DNA of 64,000 nucleotides from Eledone cirrhosa (GCA_964016885.1 OZ024741.1:47926001-47990000); one strand, 5' to 3'; positions 1-16,857 are shown, counted from the first letter of the stretch. The notes: generated from the letters alone by a model not told the origin. A program made the numbers and translations.

Positions 1-270
1 CCCATCTCTCCCTCTCATCTCCTCCCCCTTTTTCATCCCCCCCCCTCTCTAAATATAATATTTTTCCCAATATCACACATCAATCTAAAACCACTTTTCA
101 TATGTAGATTTAAAACTGCACTATCCACAAGTGTTTTTTAGCCTTCATATCATGTTCTCCTGTTTTATCTGATGAAAACACAAATATTATTGCATGATGA
201 TGTTTGTTTTTGAAATGCGCATAATAAAATACATGGAACTCCTTTAACCATCTTTTGATCTTATATTATA
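1..270 (+). mobile_element. 3' part of AT-rich Penelope-like remnant with hammerhead
   Basis: Near-identical to 16068-16335 and 25456-25725. Ends in a (TA)n array. Confidence 0.65.
163..229 (+). ncRNA. Minimal type I hammerhead ribozyme (family H1)
   Basis: TTTTAT-CTGATGA-(AAACA...TGTTTT stem II)-GAAA-TGCGCA(palindromic stem III)-TA-ATAAAA. Confidence 0.78.
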
Positions 271-290
271 TATATACATATATATATATG

Positions 291-321
<31 letters not shown>

Positions 322-471
322 CTATGCGAGCAAGACAACCACTCTTGCCTCAAGTGGGAAAACCCCCGTCCAAACCCATGCAAGCGTGGAACACGGACGC
401 TAAACCTGATGATGATGATGATGATGATATATGTATATATATATATGTATATATATGTATATATATATATG

Positions 472-540
<69 letters not shown>

Positions 541-571
541 GTATATATGTATGTATATATATATGTATATA

Positions 572-618
<47 letters not shown>

Positions 619-1295
619 GTATCTATATATATGTATGTATATGTATATGTATCTATATATATGTATGTATATGTATATGTATCTATATATATGTATGTAT
701 ATGTATATATATATGTATCTATATATGTATGTATATATATATGTATCTATATATGTATATATATATGTATCTATATATGTATCTATATATGTATCTATAT
801 ATATATGTATATATATATGTATCTATATATGTATCTATATATATATGTATATATATGTATATATATATGTATCTATATATGTATATATATATGTATATGT
901 ATATATATATATGTATATGTATATGTATATGTATATATATATATGTATATGTATATGTGTATGTATATGTATATATATATATGTATATGTATATATATAT
1001 ATGTATATATATATGTGTATATATATATATGTATATATATATGTGTATGTATATATATGTATATGTATATGTATATATATATATGTATATGTATATGTAT
1101 ATATGTATATGTATATATGTATATATGTATATATGTATATATGTATATGTATATATGTATATATGTATATGTATATATGTATATGTATATATGTATATGT
1201 ATATATGTATATATGTATATATGTATATGTATATATGTATATGTATATATGTATATATGTATATATGTATATGTATATATGTATATGTATATATG

Positions 1296-1328
<33 letters not shown>

Positions 1329-1349
1329 GTATATATATGTATGTATATG

Positions 1350-1386
<37 letters not shown>

Positions 1387-1513
1387 GTATATATATATAT
1401 GTATATATATATATGTATATATATATATGTATATATATATATGTATATATATATATGTATATATATATATGTATATATATATATGTATATATATATATGT
1501 ATATATATATATG

Positions 1514-1558
<45 letters not shown>

Positions 1559-1652
1559 GTGTATATATATATATGTATATATATATATGTATATATATAT
1601 ATGTATATATATATGTATATATATATATGTATATATATATGTATAAATATTA

Positions 1653-1686
<34 letters not shown>

Positions 1687-1706
1687 GTATATATATATAT
1701 ATATGT
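270..1706. repeat. Degenerate (TA)n/(TATG) microsatellite array containing an RTE 3' tip at 322-428
   Basis: Direct inspection. 322-428 matches the RTE 3' UTR end and has a (GAT)n tail. Confidence 0.95.
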
Positions 1707-1707
1707 A

Positions 1708-2048
1708 TTTCATTTCTCATTTCTTTTTACGTCCACTTTTCCCTGCTTGCAAGGGTGGGACGGAAACTGATGCTGGCATGATTTCTACAGCTGGATGCCC
1801 TTCCTAACACCAACCTCATTTACAGTGAGTGCTGGGTGCTTTTTTGCCGTGGCACCTCCACGACCACTTTGCAGTGGAATGATAGGGGATCCCAGTCCCT
1901 ATCATCTCATTTCTACAGCTGAGTAAACTGGAGCAATGTGAAATAAAGTGTCTTGCTCAAGGAAACAACACATCACCCGGTCTGAGAATTGAACTCACAA
2001 CCTTTCGATTGCAAGGCAATGCTCTAACCACTAAGCCATGTGCCTCCA
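1708..2048 (-). mobile_element. tRNA-derived SINE with RTE-like 3' tail
   Basis: Reverse complement of 45267-45607. Head has A-box TGGCTTAGTGG and B-box GAGTTCAATTC, and the tail shares the taggaagggcatccagctgtagaaa block with the RTE. Confidence 0.8.
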
Positions 2049-2078
2049 TATATATATGTATATATGTATATGTATATA

Positions 2079-3474
2079 TGGAGAAGTGTGTACTTAATGA
2101 TGACGGCGTACTTGCCATCACCGACGCTGATAAGAAGGTAGCTTGGAAGTGCCACTATGAAAGGCTACTAAATGAGGAGAATAAATGGGAGAAAGACAGT
2201 CCTCCCCCACATCGACCCAATAGAGGGACCAGCAGTGTTAGTCAAGGGTAGTATAATAAGTAAGGCAATCAAGGATATGAAGACGGGTAAGGCGGCTGGG
2301 CCTTCGGAAATGGCCATGCTCAGTGTGTAGGAAAGGCGTAGGTAGAAACTCCATTTTATGTCCCAAATGCAAAGTATGGGTGCATAAAAGATGTAGTGGG
2401 ATCACAGGTAAGCTAACTAAGAACTTAGATTTTACATGTGGGCGGTGCTCTGGTGCAATAAGTAGCAGCGAGTGCCCACAAAATACTAACTCTTTCAATT
2501 GCGCAGAGGGCTCTATAGAAATAGTGGACAGCTTCCGTTACCTGGGTGACAAAATCAGCAGTGGGGGAGGGTGCTCCGAAAGTACAGTAGCTAGAGTCAG
2601 AACTGGATGGAAAAAGTTCAGAGAGCTTATACCACTATTAGCCGCTAAAGGCTTCTCCCTAAAAATGAAAGGCAGGTTGTATGATGCCTGCATACGAACA
2701 GCAATGTTGCATGGCAGTGAAACCTGGGCATTGTGCGCAGAGGATATACGCAGACTAGAGAGGAACGAAGCTTGCATGCTCCGCTGGATGTGTAATAGTA
2801 ATATACGTGAACAGCAAAGCATAAACAAACTAAGGAAAAAATTAGAAATAAGAGGGATCAGATGTTGTTTACTCGAGAGAAGGCTACGTTGGTACGGACA
2901 CGTGATGCGCATGAAAGTCGATAGCTGTATAACAAAGTGCAGGGCAATAAAGATAGACGGTAGCCATGGAATAGGCAGACCTAGAAAATCCTGGGACGAG
3001 CTGATAAACTCCGACCTCACACACTTACACCTCTCCAAGACAATGTCACTGGACCGAGACCTTTGGCGGTACTCAGTAATAGAGAAGACCCGCCTTACCT
3101 AAATACATAGTAAAACTTACTACAGCCAGTAGGCATCTCTAACAAAATAACCCCCCCCCCCCCACCCCACCCCCTCCTATGTAAAGATATGTTGGTGCCA
3201 CAACATCCAGGCCGAAACAAATGAGATCGTGTAGGTGTCACGATGAAAAAACACACAGTCCACGCTGTAATGTGGCCGTGTAGGCAACACGGTAAAAACC
3301 TCCCAGTCCCACACTGTAAATGTGGTTGGTGTTAGGAAGGGCATCCAACTGTAGAAAACTTGCCAGACAGTCCTATGCGAGCAAGACAATCACTCTTGCC
3401 TCAAGTAGGAATACCCCCGTCCAAACCCATGCAAGCGTGGAACACGGACGTTAAACGTTGATGATGATGATGAT
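2079..3474 (+). mobile_element. RTE-clade LINE, 5'-truncated, RT core deleted
   Basis: Matches the full copies, but jumps from GPSE directly to WPCSVC at ~2310. 3' UTR and (GAT)n tail present. Confidence 0.93.
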
Positions 3475-3942
<468 letters not shown>

Positions 3943-4081
3943 TAGTATACTAGGGAAAGGATCAGGGGTGTATAACACTCCACTTATCCAGCAGGCAGTA
4001 TAAGGTTAGCTCAATGTCAGAGGACAGAGCCGTAATATAATAAATAACAAAGAACGCTTATAGCATATGCATATCTTTACT

Positions 4082-4127
4082 TGCTAACATTGTTTCATCC
4101 GCACTATAAGTGGGACTCATCAGAGCA
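4082..4127 (-). ncRNA. Minimal type I hammerhead ribozyme (family H2)
   Basis: Minus strand: TGCT-CTGATGA-GTCCCACTTATAGTGCGGAT-GAAA-CAATG-TT-AGCA. Confidence 0.68.
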
Positions 4128-4768
4128 TAAAGGTTAATTACATACCATACAAGCAATAACAAATCCAAGACATTGAAGAATGAAAGGTAATAATAGACGA
4201 TAAAGGATATTAAGGAAGTAAAAGTAAAAATAAAAATAAAGATAAGAATACTAAGCAATGAAAAATAAGGGATGAAAAATAAGGGATGAAAAATAAGGGG
4301 TGCTATCAGTCACAGTTGGGCGGGGTGCTGTCAACATAGTTACATACAAGCATACACATGGATAAGAGAACAGACAAGAGTAGACACATGGATAAGAGAA
4401 CAGACAAGAGTAGATAAGATAGATGGGATGAGGTAAGAGTAGGTAAAAAATAGGTAAAAAATAGGTGAAAAAACAGACTTATAATATATATAAAAATAAG
4501 AAAATATAAAGAAATACAAAGAAATACATAACAAACTTACATATAAAATATAAAATATACAGATAATAGTGATACAGGGTAAGGAATGAGATAAAATAAT
4601 ATAAAATAATATAAAATTAAAATTAAAAATTATATACATAGAACATAATATAATATAATCGTACAATAAGATAAAATAAGGTAAACTAAAATCAAATAAC
4701 ATAGACTAAATTAAAATAATATAATGTAAGATATAATTAAATGTATAATTAAATGTAATTAAATGTAA

Positions 4769-4804
<36 letters not shown>

Positions 4805-6376
4805 AATTAAAATTTTAATTTTAAATTTTAAATTTAAAATTTAAATAAATAAATAAATAAATAAATAAATGAATAAATGGAGTCAAGTAAGTAAATAAAT
4901 AGAATTAGATAACATGAAATGAAATAAAATAAAATAAAATGAAGTAAAGTAAATTGAGATAAGATATATATTTTTTTAGAATATATCTCTTGAATATATC
5001 AGGGGCCCACGAAGGCACTAAGTGTCACAGTTATGTGTATCACTTGACCATTTTTTTAAAATATATTTCTTGAAAACATCAGGGGCCCACGAAGGCACTA
5101 AGTGTCACAGTCACCAGTATCACTTGACCATTGCAAGGCAATGGAGGCGTCCCAGGTTGGGCAGTCTCAAAAGTTCACTCGAAAGTCATGGGTGTGCATT
5201 CACACAGCTGAGCGGTGGGGTAATCACAAACCGGTTCACACCCGGGCAGGAGTCCAATGGTCAGAGAGAGGTGCATCGAAGGAGGTAGAAGAATTCACGT
5301 GCATTAGCAAGCGAGGTGCAGGCGGGTTAAAGCAAGCAGACACAGTTGTAGCGCATACAAAAGATATATAAAAAGACAGAAGATATATAAAAAATAGCTT
5401 CAAGAGCCATTAAGTCACCGCATTGGGACATCACAAGATTGTACACATCAATATGTTCAGCACGTATATGCACGTATACACACCACATGCACATGCAGAG
5501 ACGGTATACATATATATATATATATTTTTTTTTATATACATACAGACACATACAACCACCTACACCCATACACATATAAATGTATACACGGACACACACG
5601 CACACACACACAGCGTAGGACACACGGGTCAAAGCTGATATTAAACACCGAAATACCACATTAGACCAGACCCACCACCACAGGTAATACATTCAAAATA
5701 AATACATACATACGATGAGATGTAGTAAAATAAAGTTGAAATCCTACGGAGATATTCATGTCCGCACGTGCCATTGACCGATTCGAGTGTACACAGACCG
5801 TTAGTAACTACGGAGGGCTATCGGGGCCAAAACGTTACTTTCGGGATCATAACAACGACCGTCAATATATGGAAGGCCGATCGTGCTAGAAAGACTACAA
5901 CCCCGGGCAAGAGCTCCCAGAGGTCAGCCTGTAGATCTTAAACCACAGAATATGAGGGCAACACGTACATGCGCCACGTATCCACTGCTTACGGCGGGAT
6001 GGCACGGGTCCGCCCACAGTTACAGGCTAAATTTCTACTAGTGCAGCCTAAATCGCAGTACACGCTTTACATAAATACATTACATCACAACTCATGCGCA
6101 TACAGAGGTACAGATCAACAAGATATACGTCAGGATAGATCCACCAATGCACCAATGGTGGGTAGGCCAGCGTGGATGGGTTACATCCACTGTGCCAAAC
6201 AGGGGTGCTTATTAACATACACTCCCCTGCACACCCCAATATCCAGATCAATATCCTCCCACAGGCATACGTATACATTCACCGACTCGTATACATAGAC
6301 GACCAACAATAGGAGACAGTTACACACAGTCAGAGACAGTTACACAAGACAGCCCAACTGGAGGAATAAGGAAGTG

Positions 6377-7945
6377 CTAGCTAACAGGTTTAAAGTAGAA
6401 GAAAGGGCTTAATATTCGGTGGGGGCAAGAGGAAAATATTTCAGACTTTCTATTTAGTAGAGGGCATTTAGCAAATATAATAGAGTGGGATTCGGCAAGG
6501 CACAGGTTACATACTCTACTATGAGGAGTATATGGATGGGATTTAGCAACCTGCCGCCAAGTAAGTGTGTAACGTGTTCGTGCATTTTTTAAATTATGGA
6601 CGTACGCTGCCAAGGAGGTGGAGTTCCTCAGTTTATTATGTCTAAAAGTGCATTGATGAGAGTTAAACCTGGTCTTAAAGGGGGTGGAGGTTGATCCTAT
6701 ATAGGTCTTAGTGGACGCCGTAGTTACCACACCACACGCATAAACTATGTTTCTAACAAGGCAGAAACCATTCAGGGGGCAGCCTGAAGCCCTTCTACAG
6801 TTACAACCTCTGGTGATGCTATTCTCAGAATGATCACCACCAGTGTTTCTGCCCACTCTGTCCACTACCAAGTTTTCACCTAGGCTTAGGTTGTCCAGGC
6901 CTTCCTTTATTTTCTTATTATTAGTGATGGCCAGATGAGAGGCCAGATTTTGGGTTGTAGAATACGAAAGTTTAACAACATTCTTATTGAGGATAGAGTG
7001 GTACCTATTACCAGGAGGGAAGTTCCGTTCCAGCACAGAGAAGAAGGCCCTAGGAATATTTATAGCCACTTCAGAATTAAAAGGGGGGTTGAAGTATGTA
7101 TTCAATCTTCTTCTATTCTTTTTATTCTTACTATTTCCATCAGTATTATTAGCATTATTATTTCTACGGTTCCTATGCTCGCCTAGTCCATGCGGGGAGC
7201 TACGAGGCCTACCATTGCTATTACTTAGACTAATGGTGCCCTGCTGGTTCATTCCACCGGCATCTAGAAACCTCCCGTTCACGACACCTCTATTGCTATT
7301 ACTTAGACTAATGGTGTCCTGCTGTTTCATTCCACCGGCATTTAGAACCCTCCCATTCGCGACACCTCGATTACCAATGGACATATTATGTGTTATAACA
7401 ACACTGGTAGAGCTACTATTAGGACCATTATTTCCCTGGGTGTAATACAATTTGTCCCTAAAGCCGGATCTAGCTAAGGCGTCGTTATAGTAATCAGCCT
7501 GCGAGTCAAACGCCTCCTCACTATGTGAGAGTGAACTTATTCTGTTAGATACGCCCTTCAGTATACCGCTGATGACAGACCTAGGGTGGTTGGAGTTGGT
7601 ATTCACGTAAGTCAGCAATTCATTGGGCTTATGGTACGGTGTGTACGTATGGTTATCCAAGTCCAGTGTAACATCTAGGAAGTTCACAGTTCTATCATTT
7701 ACATCCATAGTAATGGATAGGTTAAATGTTTTCAAAAAGCTATGCAGCTTTTTCCTAATGCGCACTATATTATACTTACTAGTATCTATGGAGAGTAGGG
7801 CGTCATCCCGGTACAACCCGCCCCTAAGGAAAGGGAAGTTACTATGCAGTTCATTGAGGAGGTATAGTCCAACTAAGTCGGTGACTTGAGCAGAGTCACT
7901 CGACCCCATAGTAATGTCAAAATTATCAGGTGTGTTTTTTACAAA
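6377..7945 (-). CDS. Partial PLE polyprotein: C-terminal RT + linker + GIY-YIG endonuclease
   Basis: [33 protein letters not shown]; [15 protein letters not shown] (CxCx5C); VYAC...TYIGST...FKTRFNSH; CNLCLAE; LNRKSE...CPH. No internal stops. Confidence 0.9.
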   Translation of the reverse strand, partial: FVKNTPDNFDITMGSSDSAQVTDLVGLYLLNELHSNFPFLRGGLYRDDALLSIDTSKYNIVRIRKKLHSFLKTFNLSITMDVNDRTVNFLDVTLDLDNHTYTPYHKPNELLTYVNTNSNHPRSVISGILKGVSNRISSLSHSEEAFDSQADYYNDALARSGFRDKLYYTQGNNGPNSSSTSVVITHNMSIGNRGVANGRVLNAGGMKQQDTISLSNSNRGVVNGRFLDAGGMNQQGTISLSNSNGRPRSSPHGLGEHRNRRNNNANNTDGNSKNKKNRRRLNTYFNPPFNSEVAINIPRAFFSVLERNFPPGNRYHSILNKNVVKLSYSTTQNLASHLAITNNKKIKEGLDNLSLGENLVVDRVGRNTGGDHSENSITRGCNCRRASGCPLNGFCLVRNIVYACGVVTTASTKTYIGSTSTPFKTRFNSHQCTFRHNKLRNSTSLAAYVHNLKNARTRYTLTWRQVAKSHPYTPHSRVCNLCLAESHSIIFAKCPLLNRKSEIFSSCPHRILSPFFYFKPVS

Positions 7946-7952
7946 ATACAAG

Positions 7953-9438
<1,486 letters not shown>

Positions 9439-9912
9439 ATCTTGTATTTTTGTTATCGCTTGTTAAATACGACGACCTTATTCAAACCTTACCTTCTCGC
9501 TAACCCAACCTTAATTCCTTAATTCTATCGTATTATCAAAACAAAACAAAATCCTTCTTCTCTTATAAATTCTTTTAAATATATTTGTTATTTCGAAAAC
9601 TCTAAATTCCCGCTCCTACTATCTGCTCCCCCTCCCCTACTTCATAAGGGTTCGCGGTCAGCCACCCCACTATACATCATGCGGCCAAACCTACCCCCCC
9701 CCCCCATCTCTCTCTCTCTATCTATATATATAAGATAAGCCCTTCAAGTAAATCACATTCGCCAAATTCATCGCTGCTTTCTTCACGGTATATCATCTAA
9801 ACGTAATGTACACATTTTTCTACCATTTCCACACTCCACTCGTATCCATAGTCCATCCCTCCGACAATTCTATAGCATTTTCTCTTCCCCGAACCCAATC
9901 TTGCCTAATCCT

Positions 9913-12900
9913 CCTGTAGTTTTGTCGTATTTTCCAAAACAAATCTGTATTTTTTGTTATTGTTTGTTAAATACGAGGTTTATGTCGTATTATACAAAAC
10001 AAATCTTGTATTTTTGTTATCGCTTGTTAAATACGAGGACCTTATTCAAACCTTACCTTCTCGTTAACAACTCAACACCCCTCCCTCCCGCCCCCACGCA
10101 CCACCATTATTATTACGTGGACCAATCATAAGCCAGAGGCCTATACTATTGCTTACCTGGTTGCCTTTCGATATGATGGATGGATGGACTACGGAATTCT
10201 GGAGAGTGGAAGAGAGAAAAATCTGGACGCTCAGCGACAATGACAAAGATAAAGACAAATTCACCTCGTGGACAAGAATGCGAGCACTCCTCTTTGTTTC
10301 GGCCGCGGATGGCTAACATAACCCCATCTCCCCCCGCTCACCACCGCTCCCACCCTCCAAACGCAATCCAAAATTTCAGAGTTGGTACCATGAATGTAGG
10401 CACCTTAAAGGGTCGCTCTAACGAGGTTGTAGAAATGCTCGAACGTAAGGAGGTCGATGTTTGTTGTATTCAAGAGACCAGGTGGAGGGGTGGGTCTGCT
10501 AGATTCATTGAGGGTAAAAAACGATGCTATAAGCTTTTCTGGGTGGGAAATGACGATGGGCAGGGTGGAGTAGGAATCATGGTAGCAGAAAAGTGGGCAG
10601 ATAAGATAATAGACGTAAATAGAGTGAACGACAGAATAATTAAAATAAGACTTGTCCTCAATAGAACTACGGTGACAGTAATATTTGCGTACACACCCCA
10701 ATCCGGACTGCCCGGCACTATAAAAGACAGATTCTATGAGACACTGATGCTCACTACCTCCCAAATAACCGACAGTGACTATATAATTATTGCAGGCGAC
10801 CTAAATGGTCACGTTGGACAACATTGTGACGGCTATGACGAAATCCATGGAGGCTATGGGTTTGGTACTAGAAATGAGGAAGGCTCCAGAATCCTGGAAT
10901 TCTGTGACGCAAATAACCTAACTATCTGTAACACTAACTTCAAAAAACGTGACAATCACCTGATCACTTATAGATCGGGGGAACACACAAGCCAGGTAGA
11001 TTATATCCTTACCAGAAGACGTGACAGAGTGTCTGTTGTAAACACTAAATCCCTCCCCCATGAAGAATGCACCTCCTAACATAGACTGATAATTAGCGAC
11101 CTAATAGTCAGGACGAGACGCACTAGACAACAGAAGAGTACTATCCTCAGGAGAAAAATATGGAAGCTAAAGGACCCCACAGCCAGAAATAAATTTCAAA
11201 GCATACTACTTGATGCTTTCGACAGTAAGGAAGAGCAATTAGAGTCGTACAATATAGAGGAGCAGTGGGAATTCCTGAAAGCAAACCTGCTGATGGCGGC
11301 AGACGAAGTCTGTGGGTGGAGCAGGCCTGTAGGCAGGAGGAGAGTAACATGGTGGTGGAACAGTAAGGTGGAGGAGTCAATTAAGGCCAAAAAGCAGGCT
11401 TGGAAAGTATGGCGGGATGGGGGAAGTAGAGAAGACTATCAAGTGGCCAGGCGGGAAGCTAGGAGACAAGTGTACTTCGCAAGAAGGGAAGCAGAGGAAA
11501 GAAAGTTCAAGCATGTTCTACAACGCGAGGACCAAAAACGTGAGGTGTTCAGGATTGCTAGGCAATGTGTCAAGGAAAAGCGTGATATTGTCGGGGAGAA
11601 GTGTGTACTTAATGATGACGGCGTACTTGCCATCACCGACGCTGATAAGAAGGTAGCTTGGAAGTGTCACTATGAAAGGCTACTAAATGAGGAGAATAAA
11701 TGGGAGAAAGACAGTCTCCCCCACATCGACCCAATAGAGGGACCAGCAGTGTTAGTCGAGGGTAGTATAATAAGTAAGGCAATCAAGGATATGAAGACAG
11801 GTAAGGCGGCTGGGCCTTCGGAAATAGTTGCCGAGATGCTGAAGGCATCTGGTACGGTGGGACACACCATGGTCACCCGGATAGTCAACCAAGTCATACA
11901 GAATGGGTTTGTTCCGAAGGACTGGCATAGCAGCATCATCGTTAACTGTTATAAGGGTAAAGGAGATGCCCTAGATAGGAGTAACTATAGAGGCATTAAA
12001 TTAATCGACCAGGAAATGAAGGTCACGGAAAAAGTAATAGCGCAACTAATCGGAGAGCGAATTGATCTAGATGAAATGCAGTTCGGGTTTGTGTCAGGAA
12101 AAAGTACCACAGACGCTCTTTTCATTGTACGACAACTACAGGAGAAGTACCTAGCTAAAAGTAAACCCCTATACTTAGCTTTTGTTGACTTGGCGAAAGC
12201 CTTTGACAGAGTCCCCCACTCCATTATCTGGTGGGCTCTTAGAAAACTAGGTGTTGATGAATGGCTTGTGAGAGCTATACAAGCCATGTATAAAGAAACA
12301 GTCAGCAAGGTTAGAATTAACAACGAATATAGTGAAGAGTTTAGTGTAAAAGTTGGTGTTCATCAGGGCTCTGTTCTTAGCCCCCTACTATTTATTATTG
12401 CCCTCCAGGCTATAACAGTGGCGTTCAAGACCGGCTGCCCATGGGAACTCCTATACGCAGATGATCTAACGCTCATAGCTGAATCAATGGCCGAGCTAGA
12501 GAAGAAATTCCAAACATGGAAGCACGGCCTAGAATCAAAAGGCCTTAAAATTAACCTGGCTAAGACTAAAGTTCTAGTTTGTAAGAAAGAAAATAAGGCG
12601 GCGGTCCCCTCCGGGAAGTGACCATGCTCGGTGTGTAGGAAAGGCGTAAGTAGAAACTCCATTTTGTGTCCGAAATGCAAAGTATGGGTGCATAAAAGAT
12701 GTAGTGGGATCACAGGTAAGCTAACTAAGAACATCGATTTTACATGTGGCCGGTGTTCTGGGGCAATAAGTAGCAGCAAGTACCCCAAAAATACTAGCTC
12801 TTTCAACTGCGCAGAGGGTTCTATAGAAATACTGGACAGCTTCCGTTACCTGGGTGACAAAATCAGCAGTGGGGGAGGGTGCTCTGAAAGTACAGTAGCT

Positions 12901-13799
12901 AGAGTCAGAACTGGGTGGAAAAAGTTCAGAGAGCTTATACCTCTACTAGCCGCTAAAGGGTTCTCCCTAAAAATGAAAGGCAGGCTGTATGATGCCTGCA
13001 TACGAACAGCAATGTTGCATGGCAGTGAGACCTGGGCATTGTGTGCAGAGGATATACGCAAACTAGAGAGAAACAAAGCTTGCATGCTCCGCTGGATGTG
13101 TAATAGTAATATACGTGAACGGCAAAGCATAAACGAACTAAGGAAAAAATTAGAAATAAGAGGGATCAGATGTTGTTTACTCGAGAGAAGGCTACGTTGG
13201 TATGGTCACGTGATGCGCATGAAGGACGATAGCTGTATAACAAATTGCAGGGCAATAAAGATAGACGGTAGCCACGGAATAGGCAGACCCAGAAAAACCT
13301 GGGACGAGCTGATAAATTCCGACCTCACACACTTACACCTCTCCAAGACAATGTCACTGGACCAAGATCTCTGGCGGTACTCAGTAATAGAGAAGACCCG
13401 CCTTACCTAAATACAAAGTAAAACCTACTACAGTCAGTAGGCACCTCTAACAAAATACACCCCCGTCCCACTACCCCCACCCCCACCCCATCCACACCAC
13501 CTCTTTCAATGTAAAGTTATGTTGGTGCCACAACATCCAGGCCGAAACAAATGAGATCGTGTAGGTGTCACGTCAAAAAAACTCACAGTTCACGCTGTAA
13601 TGTGGCTGTGTAGGCAACACGGTAAAAATCTCCCAGCCCCACACTGTAAATGTGGTTGGTGTTAGGAAGGGCATCCAGCTGTAGAAAACCCGCCAGATAG
13701 TCCTATGCGAGCAAGATAATCACTCTTGCCTCAAGTGGGAAACCCCCGTCCAAACCCATGCAAGCGTGGAACACGGACGTTAAACGTTGATGATGATGA

Positions 13800-13803
<4 letters not shown>
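9913..13803 (+). mobile_element. Full-length RTE LINE, subfamily A copy 1 (inactivated)
   Basis: APE endonuclease (TMNVGTL, CIQETRW, GDLNGH, QVDYIL), RT (FVDLAKAFD, HQGSVLSP, YADD), PHD finger, (GAT)n tail. Premature TAA at 11077-11079 and TGA at 12619-12621. 5' boundary approximate. Confidence 0.95.
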
Positions 13804-13872
<69 letters not shown>

Positions 13873-13949
13873 TACATATATATATACATACATATATATA
13901 TATATACACATATATACATATACATATATATATATATACACATATATAC

Positions 13950-14028
<79 letters not shown>

Positions 14029-14051
14029 CATATATATACATATATATATAC

Positions 14052-14086
<35 letters not shown>

Positions 14087-14091
14087 CACAC

Positions 14092-14139
<48 letters not shown>

Positions 14140-14156
14140 ATATATATATACATATA

Positions 14157-14800
14157 TTGTTTAGGTGTATGATATTGTCAATACTCTGATATGCCCAGTT
14201 CCTTGTTGGGTTGTTAATTCAAAGGTACTGAACAATAGCAGGCATAAACACTACAGGGAGCCTCACCCCAGAAAGAATTCTATAGACTTCTGACTGAGGA
14301 ATGCTCTCAGAACTGAACAATGGGAAGTTTGACACATTTTTTGATATTTTGTTCCTTCAACACCTTGTCCCTTCTACCATTTTATCAATTTTTAAGCTAA
14401 CTCCAACAATGACAACACTAATAACTGACCAATGAGAGGAGAAGGGGACCTGTGACACTAAAATTCGTTTGTTTGAATTCATATGACTCCAGTTCCCCAG
14501 TGAATTAACAACCCAACAAGGAACTGGGCATATCAGAGTATTGACAATATCATACACCTAAACAACATATGTACTTGTCTATACCATACTAATTCAAACT
14601 GCCTGAAGAGGTCACAGCCAAAGATGGCTGTCACTGAAATATATATAGCAGTAATAAACGAAGCTAAATTTTAATCATTTGACTTTTATTTAACTTTATT
14701 TTACACTACTCCGGAGTAACCAAACCAACCTGCGCACTTCGTCGAGTGCTCCAGCCTGCATACTGAGGTGTTGGTATACAACCAACATAAACTCAAAATC
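14157..14800 (+). mobile_element. Penelope-like 3' remnant with inverted 5' segment and hammerhead
   Basis: 14157-14221 is the reverse complement of ~14502-14566. Hammerhead at 14598-14652. TA arrays on both sides. Confidence 0.72.
14598..14652 (+). ncRNA. Minimal type I hammerhead ribozyme (family H3)
   Basis: ACTGC-CTGAAGA-(GGT.ACAGCCA aaga TGGCTGT.ACT)-GAAA-TATATA-TA-GCAGT. Perfect stem I and palindromic stem III. Confidence 0.82.
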
Positions 14801-14831
14801 TATATATACATATATATATATATATACACAC

Positions 14832-14866
<35 letters not shown>

Positions 14867-15151
14867 CATATATACATATATATACATATATACATATATA
14901 TATATATATACATATATACATATATATACATATATACATATATACATATATACATATATATATATACATATATACATATATACATATATACATATATATA
15001 TATATATACATATATATATACATATATACATATATACATATATACATATATATACATATATACATATATATACATATATACATATATATACATATATACA
15101 CATATATATACACATATATATACATATATACATATATACATATATATATAC

Positions 15152-15232
<81 letters not shown>

Positions 15233-15274
15233 CATATATATATATACATATATATATACATATATATATATACA

Positions 15275-16333
15275 TACACCTCTTTAAAATATACCCATCT
15301 ACCTTACTTTAAAGGGCATTATACACTCTATAATACTTGTTTACTCATTACCCTCATTCTATCTTCACCTTGTAAAATCATAACATTTACATTTGTTGTT
15401 TTGACGTTAGAATATTCATCCGCAATCATTATTATTTTTTCTCTCTATCATAAATCTTTTTAATCTCAATTTCATCCTTAATTTATTATTTTTTTCTCCC
15501 CATCAACGAACTCATTATTAATACATATTAACTCTTTATTCGCATATATTATCAATTCCTTCAATATACAAACTTTAACTTCACATTATTTTTCTCAAAT
15601 CCTTCTACACACAAACCTTAATAATTTTTCTCTTCGTTAATTTTGAAATTGCCACAATACATCCATTTTTTTTTTGACGTTAGAATATTCATCCACAATT
15701 ATTATTTTTTTCTCTCTATCTTCATACATAAATTCCCTTCGTTAATTTTCAAATTCCTTTAATTTATACATTATCTTCCAACGGTTCCCAACCTCTCTAT
15801 GTTAAAACAATATATCTTTTTCTCAGTTATAAAAACTATCTCTTTCTCTCTATCACCCATCTCTCCCTCTCCACCTTCACTCTCATCTCCTCCCCCTTTT
15901 TTTCATCCCCCCCTCCCTAAATAAAATATTTTTTCCTCGCACATATCCTCCCTTCGTTAATTTTCAAAATTTTTAATTTATACATTATCTTCCAACGGTT
16001 TTCAACCTCTCTATGTAAAACAATATATCTCCTCTCAGTTATAAAAACTATCTCTTTCTCTCTATCACCCATCTCTCCCTCTCATCTCCTTCCCTTTTCA
16101 TCCTCCCCCCCCCCTCTAAATAAAATATTTTTCCCAATATCACACATCAATCTAAAACCACTTTTCATATGTTGATTTAAAACTGCACTATCCACAAGTG
16201 TTTTTTAGCTTTCATATCATGTTCACCTGTTTTATCTGATGAAAACACAAATATTATTGCATGATGATGTTTGTTTTTGAAATGCGCATAATAAAATACA
16301 TGGAACTCCTTTAACCATCTTTTGATCTTATAT

Positions 16334-16335
<2 letters not shown>
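15275..16335 (+). mobile_element. AT/pyrimidine-rich Penelope-like remnant ending in hammerhead
   Basis: Internal ~200 bp duplication (about 15735-15935 vs 15947-16135). Hammerhead lies near the 3' end. Flanked by TA arrays. Confidence 0.6.
16230..16296 (+). ncRNA. Hammerhead ribozyme (family H1)
   Basis: Same motif as 163-229. Confidence 0.78.
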
Positions 16336-16381
<46 letters not shown>

Positions 16382-16406
16382 CATATATATATATAAACAT
16401 ATATAC

Positions 16407-16531
<125 letters not shown>

Positions 16532-16538
16532 TATATAA

Positions 16539-16633
<95 letters not shown>

Positions 16634-16660
16634 CATATGTATATATATATGTATATACAA

Positions 16661-16777
<117 letters not shown>

Positions 16778-16797
16778 CATATGTATATATATATGTA

Positions 16798-16857
<60 letters not shown>

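Noticed and set aside
10405-13130. Short antisense ORFs within RTE copies
   Set aside because: Shadows of the RTE ORF, repeated only because the element is repeated.
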